From: Chiloscyllium plagiosum
Lineage: Eukaryota
Assembly (NCBI RefSeq): GCF_004010195.1
Contig: NC_057749.1
Span: 8,573,423-8,637,422 of the forward strand
Length of the DNA stretch: 64,000 nt
Direction of reading: 5' to 3'
A model generated the notes under the pieces. The model was not told where the DNA came from. It searched no databases and saw only the letters and a program-made list of their open reading frames with translations. The translations under genes were made by a program, and so were the position numbers. This document shows, piece after piece, positions 13,535 through 24,714 of this stretch. Within the stretch, counting starts at the first letter, position 1; every line of letters begins with the position of its first letter.

Positions 13535-13770
13535 ACAAGATGATTAGGGGTTTAGATAGGGTTGACCGTGAGAACCTTTTTCCACGTATGGGGTCAGCTA
13601 TTACGAGGGGGCATAGCTTTAAATTAAGGGGTGGTAAGTATAGGACAGATGTTAGGGGTAGGTTCTTTACTCGGCGAGTCGTGAGTTCATGGAATGCCCT
13701 GCCAGTAGCAGTGGTGGACTCTCAGGGCCGAAGGGCCTGTACTGCGCTGTATTCTTCTATGTTCTATGTT
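13535..13770 (+). mobile_element. CR1 LINE 3' end
   Basis: MIRGLDRVD..TRGHSFKL..FFTRRVVSSWNALP with a (TTCTATG)n tail. Confidence 0.85.
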
Positions 13771-14604
13771 CTTCCAGGGTTCAGCTTCTGACTACCATTT
13801 TCAAATTGCCTTGGACTATTACCTTCCATTGAAAGCATTACAGAGAAAATGCCAATTGTCATTCTGGTTGTTATTTCCTCCAATCTGACATGCTACACTA
13901 ATCCAAAGTATCGTTAAACATCAGAGTCTGTACAATGAGAAATGTTAAGCAGCAAGGCTTGGACTATAATACGGCAGGCAGCCTTCAGAAGGAACCTGCA
14001 TTTATATTGTACCTTTCATAATCTCTGGGACACATTACAGACAATGATTTGCCACACAGTATGCTGTTTTAACATAAACAAACACAGAAGCCAATTTGCA
14101 CACAGATTGGCCCCGCAATTAATTAAATACCCAGACAGTTATTTGGTGTGATTGTTTGAGGGATAAATATTGCCCAAGACATTGAGGAAGAACTTCCCTT
14201 TTTTTCTTCGAAATAGTTGATTTAACAGATCCCAATCCACCAAGGCTGTCTCGGTTAATCATCTCAAGAACACGGCATCTCTGACAGTGCAGCCCTCCTT
14301 CATTCCTAAGATAGTGAGTGACGATTGCAAACTCACTACCTTATGACATAGGAATGCTACTAGGAAGTCAAAGTCTACACCATGAGTATCTGTTGCTCTG
14401 TCAGAAACATAATGGCAAGAGTAGGCCATTCAGCCCTTCAAACCTGCTCCAACATCCTGAATCATCTACCTCAATGTCATATTCCTATATCACCAACACA
14501 TTTTTGGATACCACAGTAGAGAAAAACACAGTCTGCAAATTTTTTAAATCATTTATCTAATGATAGAGAACTAATTAGATTTTACATAGGTTTCAACGTT
14601 TTAA

Positions 14605-14950
14605 TAAGCATGCCCCTGGTATGATGGGACTAAAATATAAAGAGAAGCTGGATGGGTTAGGATTGTATAAGATAGAGTTTAAAAGAATTTGAGAGGGATC
14701 TCATAGAAACCTATAAATCCCTAACACGACTAGATAGTGTAGATGCAGGAAGGATGGTCCTGATAACAGGGGAGTCCAGAACCAGGGGTCACAGTCTAAG
14801 GATAAGGCCTTAAGTCAGAGATGAAATTTCTTTTCCCCAGAGAGTGGTGAGCCTGTGGAATTCTGAGTCCCAGGTAACTGTTAGAAGCCAAAACATCGAA
14901 GACTTTAAGGAAAGATGTATATCTGATGTTTATCAGCAAAGGAATAAAGG
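14605..14950 (+). mobile_element. CR1 LINE 3' fragment
   Basis: DLIETYK and RTRGHSLR segments. Confidence 0.7.
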
Positions 14951-15300
14951 AAAGAAAAATTCCAGTTTTTTAAAAACTTGCTATTTGTGAATTCAAAGAA
15001 AGCTTGCATTATTGACATGAACCCTCCAAGTGCCACCTAATCATTCACTTCTTCCACCACCTATATACAGCAACATGTACCATTTAAAAGATGCTTTGCA
15101 GCAACTCATTAAAACTCCTCTGACAGCACTCACCAAACATGTCACCTCTACCATATAGAAGGATAGAGGCACCAACATCTACAAATTCCTTCCTAGCTGC
15201 ACACTGTCCTCACTTGGAGCAATAGTGTAGCAGACTCAAAGGGCCAAATGGCCTCTCCTGCTCTTATATTCCATGTTAATATTTTTCATAAATAGGTACT

Positions 15301-16428
15301 CAATTGTAAACCTCAATCTGGTCCCCCATCTCATTATTTCTAATAAAAACAATCCTAACCTACTCAACCTGTCTTCATAGCTAGCACCTTCCGTACAAGG
15401 CAACATCCTTGTAAACCTTCTCTGCACCTACTCCAAAGTGTCCACATCCTTTTGGTAATAAGGCGACCAGAACTGTACACAGTATACATAGTATTCTAAC
15501 TGTGGCCGAACCAAATTCTTGTACAATTTTAGCAATAACCTGCCAGCTCTTATGATTAATACCCCGTCCGGTGAAGGCAAGCACACCATCTGCCTTCTTG
15601 ACCACTCTATCCAGCTGTGCATCCACCTTCAGGGTACAATGGACCTGAACTCCCAGATCTCTCTGCTCAACATTTCCCAAGACTCTTCCATTTACAGTAT
15701 AGTTCGCTCTAGAATTAGACTTTCCAAAATGCATCACCTCACATTTGCCTGGATTGAACTCCATCTGCCACTTCTCCACCCAACTCCCCAGTCTATATTC
15801 TCCTGTATTCTTTGACACTCCCCTATGCTTTCTGCTACTCCACCAATCTTCATATCATCTGCAAACTTACTTATCAAACCAACAATGCCCTCTTCCAGAT
15901 CATTTATGTATATCATGAAGGGTATAGATAGGGTGGATAAAGATAAGCTTTTTCCCAGGGTGAGGGATTCAATAACGAGAGGTCACGTGTTCAAGGTGAA
16001 AAGTTTAAGGGGGATACATGCTGAAAATACTTTACACAGAGAGTGGTAGGTGCCTATTCCCAGGGTGAGGGATTCAATAACGAGAGGTCACGTGTTCAAG
16101 GTGAAAAGTTTAAGGGGATACATGCTGAAAATACTTTACACAGAGAGTGGTAGGTGCCTAGAAAGCGTTGTCAGCAGATATATTAGAGGCAGGCACGGTA
16201 GATTCACTTCAAGGTGCATCTGGACAGATGCAAAATAGATGAGGAGCATGTTTTGAGTCACATGTAGACCAGACCAGATAAGGATGACTAGTAAATCGGA
16301 GTGGTTTTTCCAACAATACAGATTCTTAGGAATTGAGCGATACGTTTAGACAGTGGATTTCAATTGGCACAGGTTCGGAGGCCGAAAGGCTTGTTCCTGG
16401 GCTGTAAATTTTCTTTCTTCTTTGTTCG
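15301..16428 (+). mobile_element. CR1 LINE with a 5' inversion (15301 to about 15911 antisense; about 15912-16428 sense)
   Basis: The antisense part encodes IYINDL..ISKFADD..KWQMEFN and ends at EVYK-like codons. The sense part resumes at IMKGIDRVDK. 7-bp TSD AGGTACT (15294-15300, 16429-16435). Confidence 0.85.
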
Positions 16429-18849
16429 AGGTACTGTAAGGAACTGATTATTCAGCACAGGGAAAACATTTTGTACATCCCAGAAACAGGTTATTCATCC
16501 CAATGTTTTGCTATGGCAGTTCTTACAGTCTACTTTTGAAAGGTAAATTTATACAGACTGAATAAAACTCTTCTGGACTATATGCAGCTCTAATTAATTA
16601 TCACAGAAAGTTGATATAGAATACACTTTAAGTCCAAATTGGAAAACTGTTTCTCACAGTATCCATGTGTAAATAGTCTTCTGTTCTTCATCAATGCTCC
16701 TGGTTTCCCCCACGGTAATGGAACCAGTGTCCTGAATTGCAAACCCCAAGCCCACTTGAGATTTGCACCTCCCACAGTTCCCAAAGCTGTCTTTATTTTT
16801 CATTCATGAAATGTGGACATCACTGGCTATGTCAGCATTTATTACCCATCCCCAAATGACAGTTAAGAGTCAGTCATATTACTGTGGGTTTTGAGTCACA
16901 TGTAGACCAGACCAGATAAGGATGACTAGTAAATCGGAGTGGTTTTTCCAACAATTGGCAGTGAATTCATGGACATTATTAAACTTTTAATTCCAGATTT
17001 TGTTATATGGAATTCAAATTCCACCATCTGCGGTGGCAGGATTTGTACCCAGGTCCCGAGACCATTATCTGGATTAACAGTCCAGCAATAATGTCACTAG
17101 GCCATCGTCTCCCCTTCTTTTCAAAGTTGTATTATCCAGTTTTTCAGCTTTGTGGAAGTGCAGTAGCTCTGAGGTGAGAGACGCTCTGAACTTTTTAATA
17201 AAAAAGAAAATGAAAAGACATGCAAACTGGAACAGAAATTATCATTACTGGGTTTTAATATCTACATCATGAAATAAAGTATAATTCTAAAAGCATAGAA
17301 AATAGGAACAGGAGTGGGCCATCTGGCCCTTCCAGTCTGTTCTATCCTTCAATACAATTATGGCTGATCATTCAACACAGTCCCCATACTCTCTGATTCA
17401 TTTAGCTCTTAGTCCTATATCTCGTTCCATCTTGAAAATATTAAATGTTTTGGCCTCAACTATTTTCTGGGGCAGAGAGTTCCACAGGCCCACTACTCTC
17501 GTGAGTGACAAAATTGCTCCTCATCACAGTCCTGAATGGCCTATCCTGTATCTTTAGACAAGAAACTAAAATCATTAAACATTCATCCTGAAGAACTGAT
17601 ACTTGAAGGAACTGACTGCACTCAAAACATTACAACTTCGGGACAATCTCATTCAGACCAGTTAACAAGACTATCTATGTTCAATGAGCCTTGCTGTTCG
17701 ATAAATGAGTTGTGTTTTTATAGCTTTAATTCATTATAGATCCTGATGGTTATACAATACGTAACTCTAAGGTTACTTACCAATCAAGTTAGAAGATTAT
17801 GTTTCAATTTGGCCACGTGACATATAATTCCCACATGGATGTAATTAACGTTTGTTCTTCTTGTGACTATACTTTGCATAGATGTGCACATCCACACACA
17901 TACTTACACACACATAAGCTCATCTTTACAGGCTCCACACTTACATATAGTTGAACACATATCTCACACCCATATACGTCTGCAATGCACACACACACAT
18001 AAACTCAACCTTTCACTCTTCTGTATATACAAAAATCAGATAATGCCCTCATCATTCTTATTGAGCATGCATTAATGATTTACTAACCCAGTGTAACCAT
18101 ATCAGGTTCTAATACCAAAACAACTGAAGTAACTGCCTGTAGAACAGGAGAATTTCTGCTCCCGATGCAACAGAAATTGGCACCCAAAAGCGCACTTTAA
18201 ATTGCACCCTTAGATTACATGTTGAGTTTATGTTCAAATGCATTTGCATTTATCATAATCACATGCAAATAGTGTAATAAGAGTGATTATTTTATGCTTT
18301 CCTTCCAATTAAATAATATTCCCTTGATGTACTTACAAATGCTAACCTGGTGCAGTTTTATTAAGACGTGAAATAGGATTCTCACAGAAAATAAGCATTT
18401 TGAAAAGGACATAAAACCAGCAGAAACATCTCTATGACTCCCTTTCCCAACCTGCTATCTTTACAGATGCAGGCAGCAATCAATACAGTTGAACATGGTA
18501 TCCCACCTCCCTCATGCTGATTAAGAATATAGCTGACTAAAAAGACTGGCCACTCTGAGCATGAACAATGCCCTCACGTTTGGCAAAAGTTAATGGTTGT
18601 GGTAAGTAATGCATCACTTCAGTAATATCTCTATTTCTAGACACTACTCAGCTCTTTGTCAGCTAGCAGACTGCAGCATGATAAATACAACATTTAGATC
18701 TCTAATTTCAATGGCAGTGAAAGGAAAATATTTGGCCTCTGTAAATAAACTCTACTAAATGGAATGATTAATACAAACATGATGAGCTCCAGTATTGAGA
18801 ATTGATGTGACTAAAAGAAAAAAAAATGAGAAAAACACTAAATATGCTA

Positions 18850-18855
18850 TTTATT
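18850..18855 (-). promoter_or_regulatory. Candidate polyadenylation signal AATAAA (distal)
   Basis: The minus strand reads TGTACAATAAATAGC, followed by a GT/T-rich tract (TTAGTGTTTTTCTCATTTTTTTTTC). Confidence 0.4.
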
Positions 18856-20144
18856 GTACATTAAGAGTGCTATATATTTATATATATATATATAGTTTGT
18901 ATTCAGAATGTCAGTCAATTCTTGCAGAGAAAATTATGCATAACAGATTTCCAAGAACACACAAATATGCATTTAAGCACATTATAGCACTAATTTCTCT
19001 CTGGATTACTAATTTCACTCATTTATTTGCTAAATATATTGGATCTGAAAATAAAAATGAGCACTACCAAACTTGCAGCTGGCGTCTGACCCTCTCCCAG
19101 ATGTAGTTTGTAAATGATCACTGAAGTTTCAAAATTGGCTGTGTCACAAGTGACTAAGGGCAAATTTATTGGCTCAGCTTGAGAAATGGCATCCCTGGGG
19201 CAATTGTATTCACAGCCAACCTCTTGTTTCCATGTCACTGGCTGCACACAAACATGACATGGTTCAGCCAAAGCGTTTGGGCGGCCGGTTTCGTGGAGAT
19301 CACCGTCGTCATTATCAAACCACTTGTTAAAGCAAAGCACTGCGAATGCTGGAGATCTGAAATAAAAGCCGTGAAAGGGCTGAAGAAACCCAGCAGGCCT
19401 GGCAGTGCCTGTGGAGAGAGAAACAGCGTTAACATTTCAAATCCTTACTTTGGAACTTAAGAGAGATAGAAAATGTGATTGGTTTTACACCATTGGAGAA
19501 AGGGGACAAGATCAGGGTAACACAAACAGAAAATTAGGGTCAGGTTAGAAGGCAGCACATATTAGTGACAAGTTCTCGTGAAACAAAAGCAATGGCAATG
19601 GTTGTAATTAAGGAACAAAGTATTGGTCCACTGTTAATGGAGTAGTAGCAGAAATAAAACACTACCATTAAAAGAGACTAATCTTGAAAAGAGAGCTTTT
19701 GTAGTTGCAAATAGATAGCAACATTAAAGAATTATGGATATATCATACACATGGGCACACCATTTGTCTGTACATCCATTGTAAATATCATGATTGTATG
19801 GTAACGTGCACTCAGGGCTTACTGATATCTGAGTTTGTATAGTGTACCGAGACTTATAAATATGCACACAAGCTTGCCGAATACAATCTAGAATGGAACT
19901 GCATAGAAATAGGGACAATTGGCATGTCGCATTCTTGCAGATTCGTTGAATGCACTGTCCAACTTATTCCCAGGCCTCAGTTTTCCCTATAAACCTGCCA
20001 ATTTGCACAAATGCATACCGTATTCACTTCCTTACCCTCTCCAGGGAGGGTCGCCTTCTCTATAACAGCGCAGATGGAATTAACCTCTAATAAAACAAGC
20101 AGAATTCAGTGAAACTCATTGCGTGCAATACAGTATTCTTCACT

Positions 20145-20150
20145 TTTATT
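20145..20150 (-). promoter_or_regulatory. Candidate polyadenylation signal AATAAA for RPP25 (proximal)
   Basis: The minus strand reads TTTTGTAAAATAAAAGTG (UGUA then AAUAAA) in non-repeat sequence about 2.2 kb downstream of the stop codon. Confidence 0.4.
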
Positions 20151-21375
20151 TTACAAAACGGTTTAACCAACAAGGGTATAAGGTGCTCCTTACTTAAGAG
20201 AAAGGCTACAATTCTAAAGATTTATCAGGAGAGCGTCCTACTCTGTTACATCCCTTGGCACTGATGCTTAAATGGTCAATAGCAGGATTTTGCTCATATA
20301 CTATATTCCACTTTGAAAACTCTGTAGGTTAAGATAAGAACCGGGTGTCAATTTAAGCTCAGTAATATCGAAAAGAGTCGAAGCTTTGCACTGTCAATGT
20401 TGACAACAATGTACAGAAGTCACGAGCTTTCCATAAATCCTTGCTCTATCACATTCTTATTTGAACACACAATCCTTCCGTTTTATAGTGGAGCAAATAA
20501 ATCTCTACAGACTGTTTTGAGTTCATTTGAAACAGCAGCCTCTATCTGCTGGGAGACAGGGGATAAACACACAGGCAGGTTTCTGAAAAGGGATAAAATT
20601 AAGCAAAGGACATCGCAGAAATCTCTCATTAAAAAAGGAGCTAATTACTTGAATTTGTACAGCAGCTGGGAGCAAGGAAAATCAAAAGAGGCAGCAATGG
20701 AGATTGATAAAACTCACAAACTCTAAGGAAGGGCACTCGATGGAAATTAAATGCAATTCTATTCTTTTTTTTTAACCCTTTTTACCCACATGGTGAGATT
20801 TGAGGAGGCAATGATAGAGCCTAGTTCCATTCTAAAATAAATTATTAATTAACAAGAGCTGGGCTTCCCTGTTTACTCGGAGTCACGTCCAAAGACATTA
20901 TGGAGAGACAAAGATAAAAATTAGAACACCCACCTTTCTGGTTAACCAAGCAAATTAAATTGAAAACAAAAACACTAAGAACTGCAGATGCTGGAAACAG
21001 AAAGGGCTAGAGAAACTCAGCAAGTCTGGTAGCATCTATGGAGAGAGAAACAGTTAATGTTTCAGGTCGAGTGACCCTTCTTCAGAACTGGACCGAATAC
21101 ATTTCTTGCTAAATCTCTTATCCAGTCTGTGATCTTTGGGAACTTTGCTTCCATGTGGATTTTGAAGTTGCAATAAAATTTCCCTTCTTAAATGTCCTTT
21201 TTTCATTATGTGTTCCAAAGACTTCATAATGTTCAGGGACTTAACAATGCATCTTTGTTGTAACATAACATACCCACACAGTAATACTTCTCTTTGTGCA
21301 TTTTACAAAGTGCTCTATAATTGTATAGATTTGTATGTGTATATAGACCTCTATATATAATTGATATTTTACATC

Positions 21376-22364
21376 AACCTCTGTTATGGCACATCTCTGG
21401 AGCAGGTGGGACTTGACTGGACCTCCTGGCCCAGCAGTAGGATCACTACCACTGTGCCACACTGAGCCCCTGCTGTAATTCCTATTCTATTTCAACCTGT
21501 TCGGAGATGGTATCACACACCTCTGGAGCAGGTGGGACTTGAATTCGAGCCACCCAGTCCATAGGTAGGGACACTACTACTGCACCAGACAGAAGAGGTT
21601 TTCTTGGCAAATTGATTTTCTTTACAACTTGTTCAGGAATGTTATGACACACACTCCCAGTCCAGCAATAGGGACATTACCACTATACCACAACAGGACC
21701 ATGATTGTAGTGATTTTCTTCTAACCTGTTTGGACATGGTATGATGTACACTCCCGGTCCAGGGCTGGATACACTACCAGTGTATCATGAGGACCCTCAT
21801 GGCAAAGTGATATTTTTTAATCTGTTCGGAGATGGTATAACCCACACTCTAGAACAACTTGAATCCAAGCCATCCAGTCCTGGGGTAGGTCCAGTACCAT
21901 TGCACCACAAGAGATCCCACAAAATGATTTTTTTAACCAGTTAAGACATGATGTAACACACTCCCAGTCCATGAGTGAGGATACTACCACTGTACCACAA
22001 GAGGACCCTCAGGGCAATTTCATTTTTAACCTGTTTAGAGATGTTATGACACACACTCCCAATCCAGCAATAGGGACACTACCACTGTACCACAAGAGGA
22101 ACCTCAGTGCTATATTTTTTAACCTGTTTAGAGATGTTACGACACACAGTCCCAGTCCATGAGTGGGGATACAAGCACTGTATCACACAGACCCTCAGGG
22201 CAATTTCATTTTTAACCTGTTTAGAGATGTTATGACACACACTCCCAGTCCAGAGGTGCGGATACTGTCATTGTACTACAAGAGGACCCTCAGTGATATA
22301 TTTTTTAACCTGTTTAGAGATGGTATGACACACTCCCCTGGTCCGGGGTAGGGACACTACCACT
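21376..22364 (-). repeat. Tandem array of 10 units (93-132 bp) derived from a tRNA-like SINE head, in the RPP25 3' flank/UTR
   Basis: Anchor AACCTGTT(T/C)AGAGATG..ACACAC..GGGACACTACCACTG recurs at about 21376, 21494, 21626, 21723, 21819, 21935, 22028, 22121, 22214 and 22307. Dispersed monomers of the same sequence occur at about 6828-7330 (split), 9108-9185, 47400-47485 and 52960-53015. Confidence 0.9.
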
Positions 22365-22384
22365 TGTGTCCTGCGGTCTGTGAG

Positions 22385-23038
22385 TTACTGCTGGGGGTTC
22401 AGGAGGTAAGTATAGTTGGGGAAGGGAGGGGTCTCACTGGGCTGTTCCCCTTTGCTGAGCTTCGGGACCATCTCGGGCGACGCTCCGCCGCCACTGTCGC
22501 TTCCCCGGCAGCGGCGCTTGACGCCCCGGCTGGCCGGGCTGAACCCTGGCTCCTCCTGCCCGGCCCGGGCAGCACCGGCGGCACCGGGCTCCGGCCACAG
22601 CGGGGGAGCGGAGTCCGGGGGCTGGTAGCCGGCTTCGGCGGGGTCCAGGGGCTCCTTGGACAGCAGGATGCAGACGGACGGAACGGTCTTGAGCAGGGTG
22701 AGGGCTGCCCCGCTGCCGGCGGTGCTGCTCTGCCAGGTCTCCCGCAGGCTCCTCGGGCGGAGCTTGGTGATCTGGTGCAACCCTCCCAGCCTGCGCTTCA
22801 TAATCTCGGCGCAGGTGATGGTCTTGGTGACCGCCCGGCCCGAACCGCTGAATACTATCCTCCGCGTGCCCTCCAGCTCCATGCGGGCCAGCGCGAAGCC
22901 CATCAGGTTGCGGATCTTGCTGCCCTCCTTCACCCGCATCTCCACCGTGTCCGCCGGCAGGTCAGCGAAAGGCAGCGGGCTCTCCTCCTCCGTCCGCCCG
23001 ATCTTCCGATAGTTCGCCATCTCGCCGCTCCCCTGCAT
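22385..23038 (-). CDS. RPP25: Ribonuclease P/MRP protein subunit p25 (Alba domain), single coding exon; the orthologous start may be the second ATG at 23020 (MANYRK)
   Basis: Intact 217-aa ORF containing PFADLP-MRVKEGSKIRNLM-IVFSGSGRA-TKTITCAEIMKRRL-GLHQITKL-LLSKEPLDP-GYQPP. By recollection these motifs fit vertebrate RPP25 (MRVKEGSKIRNLM, TKTVTCAEILKRRL) better than the paralogue RPP25L (MRVRDGSKIRNLL). The sequence is CpG-rich, and the second ATG has a good Kozak context (gcgagATGG). Confidence 0.9.
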   Translation of the reverse strand: MQGSGEMANYRKIGRTEEESPLPFADLPADTVEMRVKEGSKIRNLMGFALARMELEGTRRIVFSGSGRAVTKTITCAEIMKRRLGGLHQITKLRPRSLRETWQSSTAGSGAALTLLKTVPSVCILLSKEPLDPAEAGYQPPDSAPPLWPEPGAAGAARAGQEEPGFSPASRGVKRRCRGSDSGGGASPEMVPKLSKGEQPSETPPFPNYTYLLNPQQ

Positions 23039-23182
23039 CTCCCCTTTCCAAATGCAACCTCAAACGATGCACCAGCCCCCTGCCATATCACCCATACCAA
23101 ACCCCCAAAGCGTCCGCTCTTGTTCCCTCTTTTGGTTTGGAGTCAGTGCTGCAATAAAACCACCATCCGAAGTCCTTTTTTA

Positions 23183-23975
23183 TTTGCAAAAAAAAAATCT
23201 TTCCTTTGCAGCAATTTTCTTCTCTCGTTGTTCCTTCACAAAACCGGGCAGCGTACTTTCAATTTCCTCCTTTGCAAAAACGGAAGGGCATACTTGTCGG
23301 CGTTTTGCAAAACTAGGCAAGCTTGTTTGATTTTTCTTCTCTGCAAAAAGCTGACAGACTTTTATTTGCCGGTATTTTGCAGAACTGCAAGGCTGCTCCT
23401 TTTGCAAAACCGGGCAACTTCCTACTGTTTCCCTCCTGGGGAAAAGTCGCTGATGCTCTGCAAAGCTGCAAGGCTGTTGCTTTGCAAAACTGGGTAAAAG
23501 TCCTTACGGTTTTCCTCCTGCTGAAAAGGTGAAAGACTTTTTGGTGTTTTGCAAAACTGGGCGAGGTTGTTTCATTTTCCTCCTTTGCAAAATCTGACGG
23601 GTTTTGTCGTTCATGTTTTGCAAAACTGGGCAAAATTGTTCCTTTGCAAAACTGGGTAAAGTCCCATTTTCCTCTTGTGCAAAAGCTGGTTTTTTTTCTA
23701 TCGGTGTTTCGCAAAACTGGGTAGGGTTGTCTTATTTTCCTCCTTTGCAAAATTCAGCGAAGTCCTTTTATTTTCCTTCCTGTGCAAAAACTGACAAAAG
23801 CTCTTCCTTCACGTCGCTGTTTTTGCGAAACTGGGCAAAGTTGTTCCTCCGTCCCCGAGGCAGTCTTATCCTGTTCTTCTGCAAAACTGAGCGAAGTCGT
23901 TTTTCTCTGCACAATAAAAATTGGCAGTTTATTTTTGTCGTTGTTCTGCAAAGCTGGGCAACGTTTTCAAGCAAA
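23183..23975. repeat. Degenerate minisatellite-like array with a TTTGCAAA(ACTGGG) core, upstream of RPP25
   Basis: About 20-25 core variants (for example TTTGCAAA at 23183, 23271, 23304, 23401, 23481) separated by variable pyrimidine-rich spacers at a period of about 25-45 bp. Confidence 0.85.
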
Positions 23976-24399
23976 GGACAAAGTGGGCGAGATTGGTTTC
24001 ATGCTGCAGGACAAGCGGGCTGTTTTCTCATCCTGCTGCACGCTACAGCGTCGGATCGAAACGAGCTCCCCGTGTTTTTGTGTTTTGTACTTTTGCACCG
24101 GCTCCCTCCAACAAGCTGTGACCCATCACTTAACTTCCTTCACCCCTCCCCCGCGAACCTCGGCTGCTCCTACCAACTCATTCCTCAACACAATCCTTGG
24201 AAGCCGACCCGGGAGTTCTCCAGCACGGGGCAGTACTTCCCCATTTATCGAAGCGCCGTCTTATGTGTTTCAACCATGTCCCGAGCTCATCTTCAATTGC
24301 AAAGAGGGAGAGGGCAGAAAACAAAAATAAGCTGCTTCTCCGCTGGTTCCAAGGTAGAAGCTGTCTGCAGCATCTGCACTGAACAGAGAACAGTCAGTG

Positions 24400-24480
24400 C
24401 CTCTGTCTCCCTCTCAGTCGCTGTGACTCGAGGTGCTCATTCAAAGCGATTGGATCTGTCATTCATTTAACCCCTTCAGC
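24400..24480 (-). promoter_or_regulatory. Possible RPP25 promoter region (CCAAT box)
   Basis: ATTGG at about 24449-24453 (CCAAT on the minus strand), at the edge of the CpG-retaining, non-TE region that extends from the CDS. Inference only. Confidence 0.2.
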
Positions 24481-24714
24481 ACCAAGCCCTTCCCCTCAGC
24501 CTGTGCCCCAGACTGGCAGAGACAGACAAGTATTTACTCCGCAGGGGAGGCTGTTCTGCCCCTCGAGTGTGTGCTCGCTGAGTGAAATGAGCCTTTCCAG
24601 CTGAATTCCAGTTCTAGCATCTCCAATTTTTCTTTAAATGAGGGCTTCTGCCTCAGCCACTCCTTCAGACAGCCAGTTCCAGATTCCTACCACTCTCAGG
24701 GTGAAAAACGTACT

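Noticed and set aside
22364..23497. 377-aa plus-strand ORF
   Set aside because: Antisense shadow of the GC-rich RPP25 CDS running into the minisatellite; non-ATG start and no recognisable domain.
23183..23975. CRISPR-like repeat/spacer appearance
   Set aside because: The cores are short and degenerate, the spacers are related to each other, there are no cas genes, and the context is vertebrate.
23604..24470. 288-aa plus-strand ORF and the overlapping FAK/FCK-repeat ORFs
   Set aside because: The repeated peptides shift between frames and strands, as expected from a non-coding palindromic repeat.
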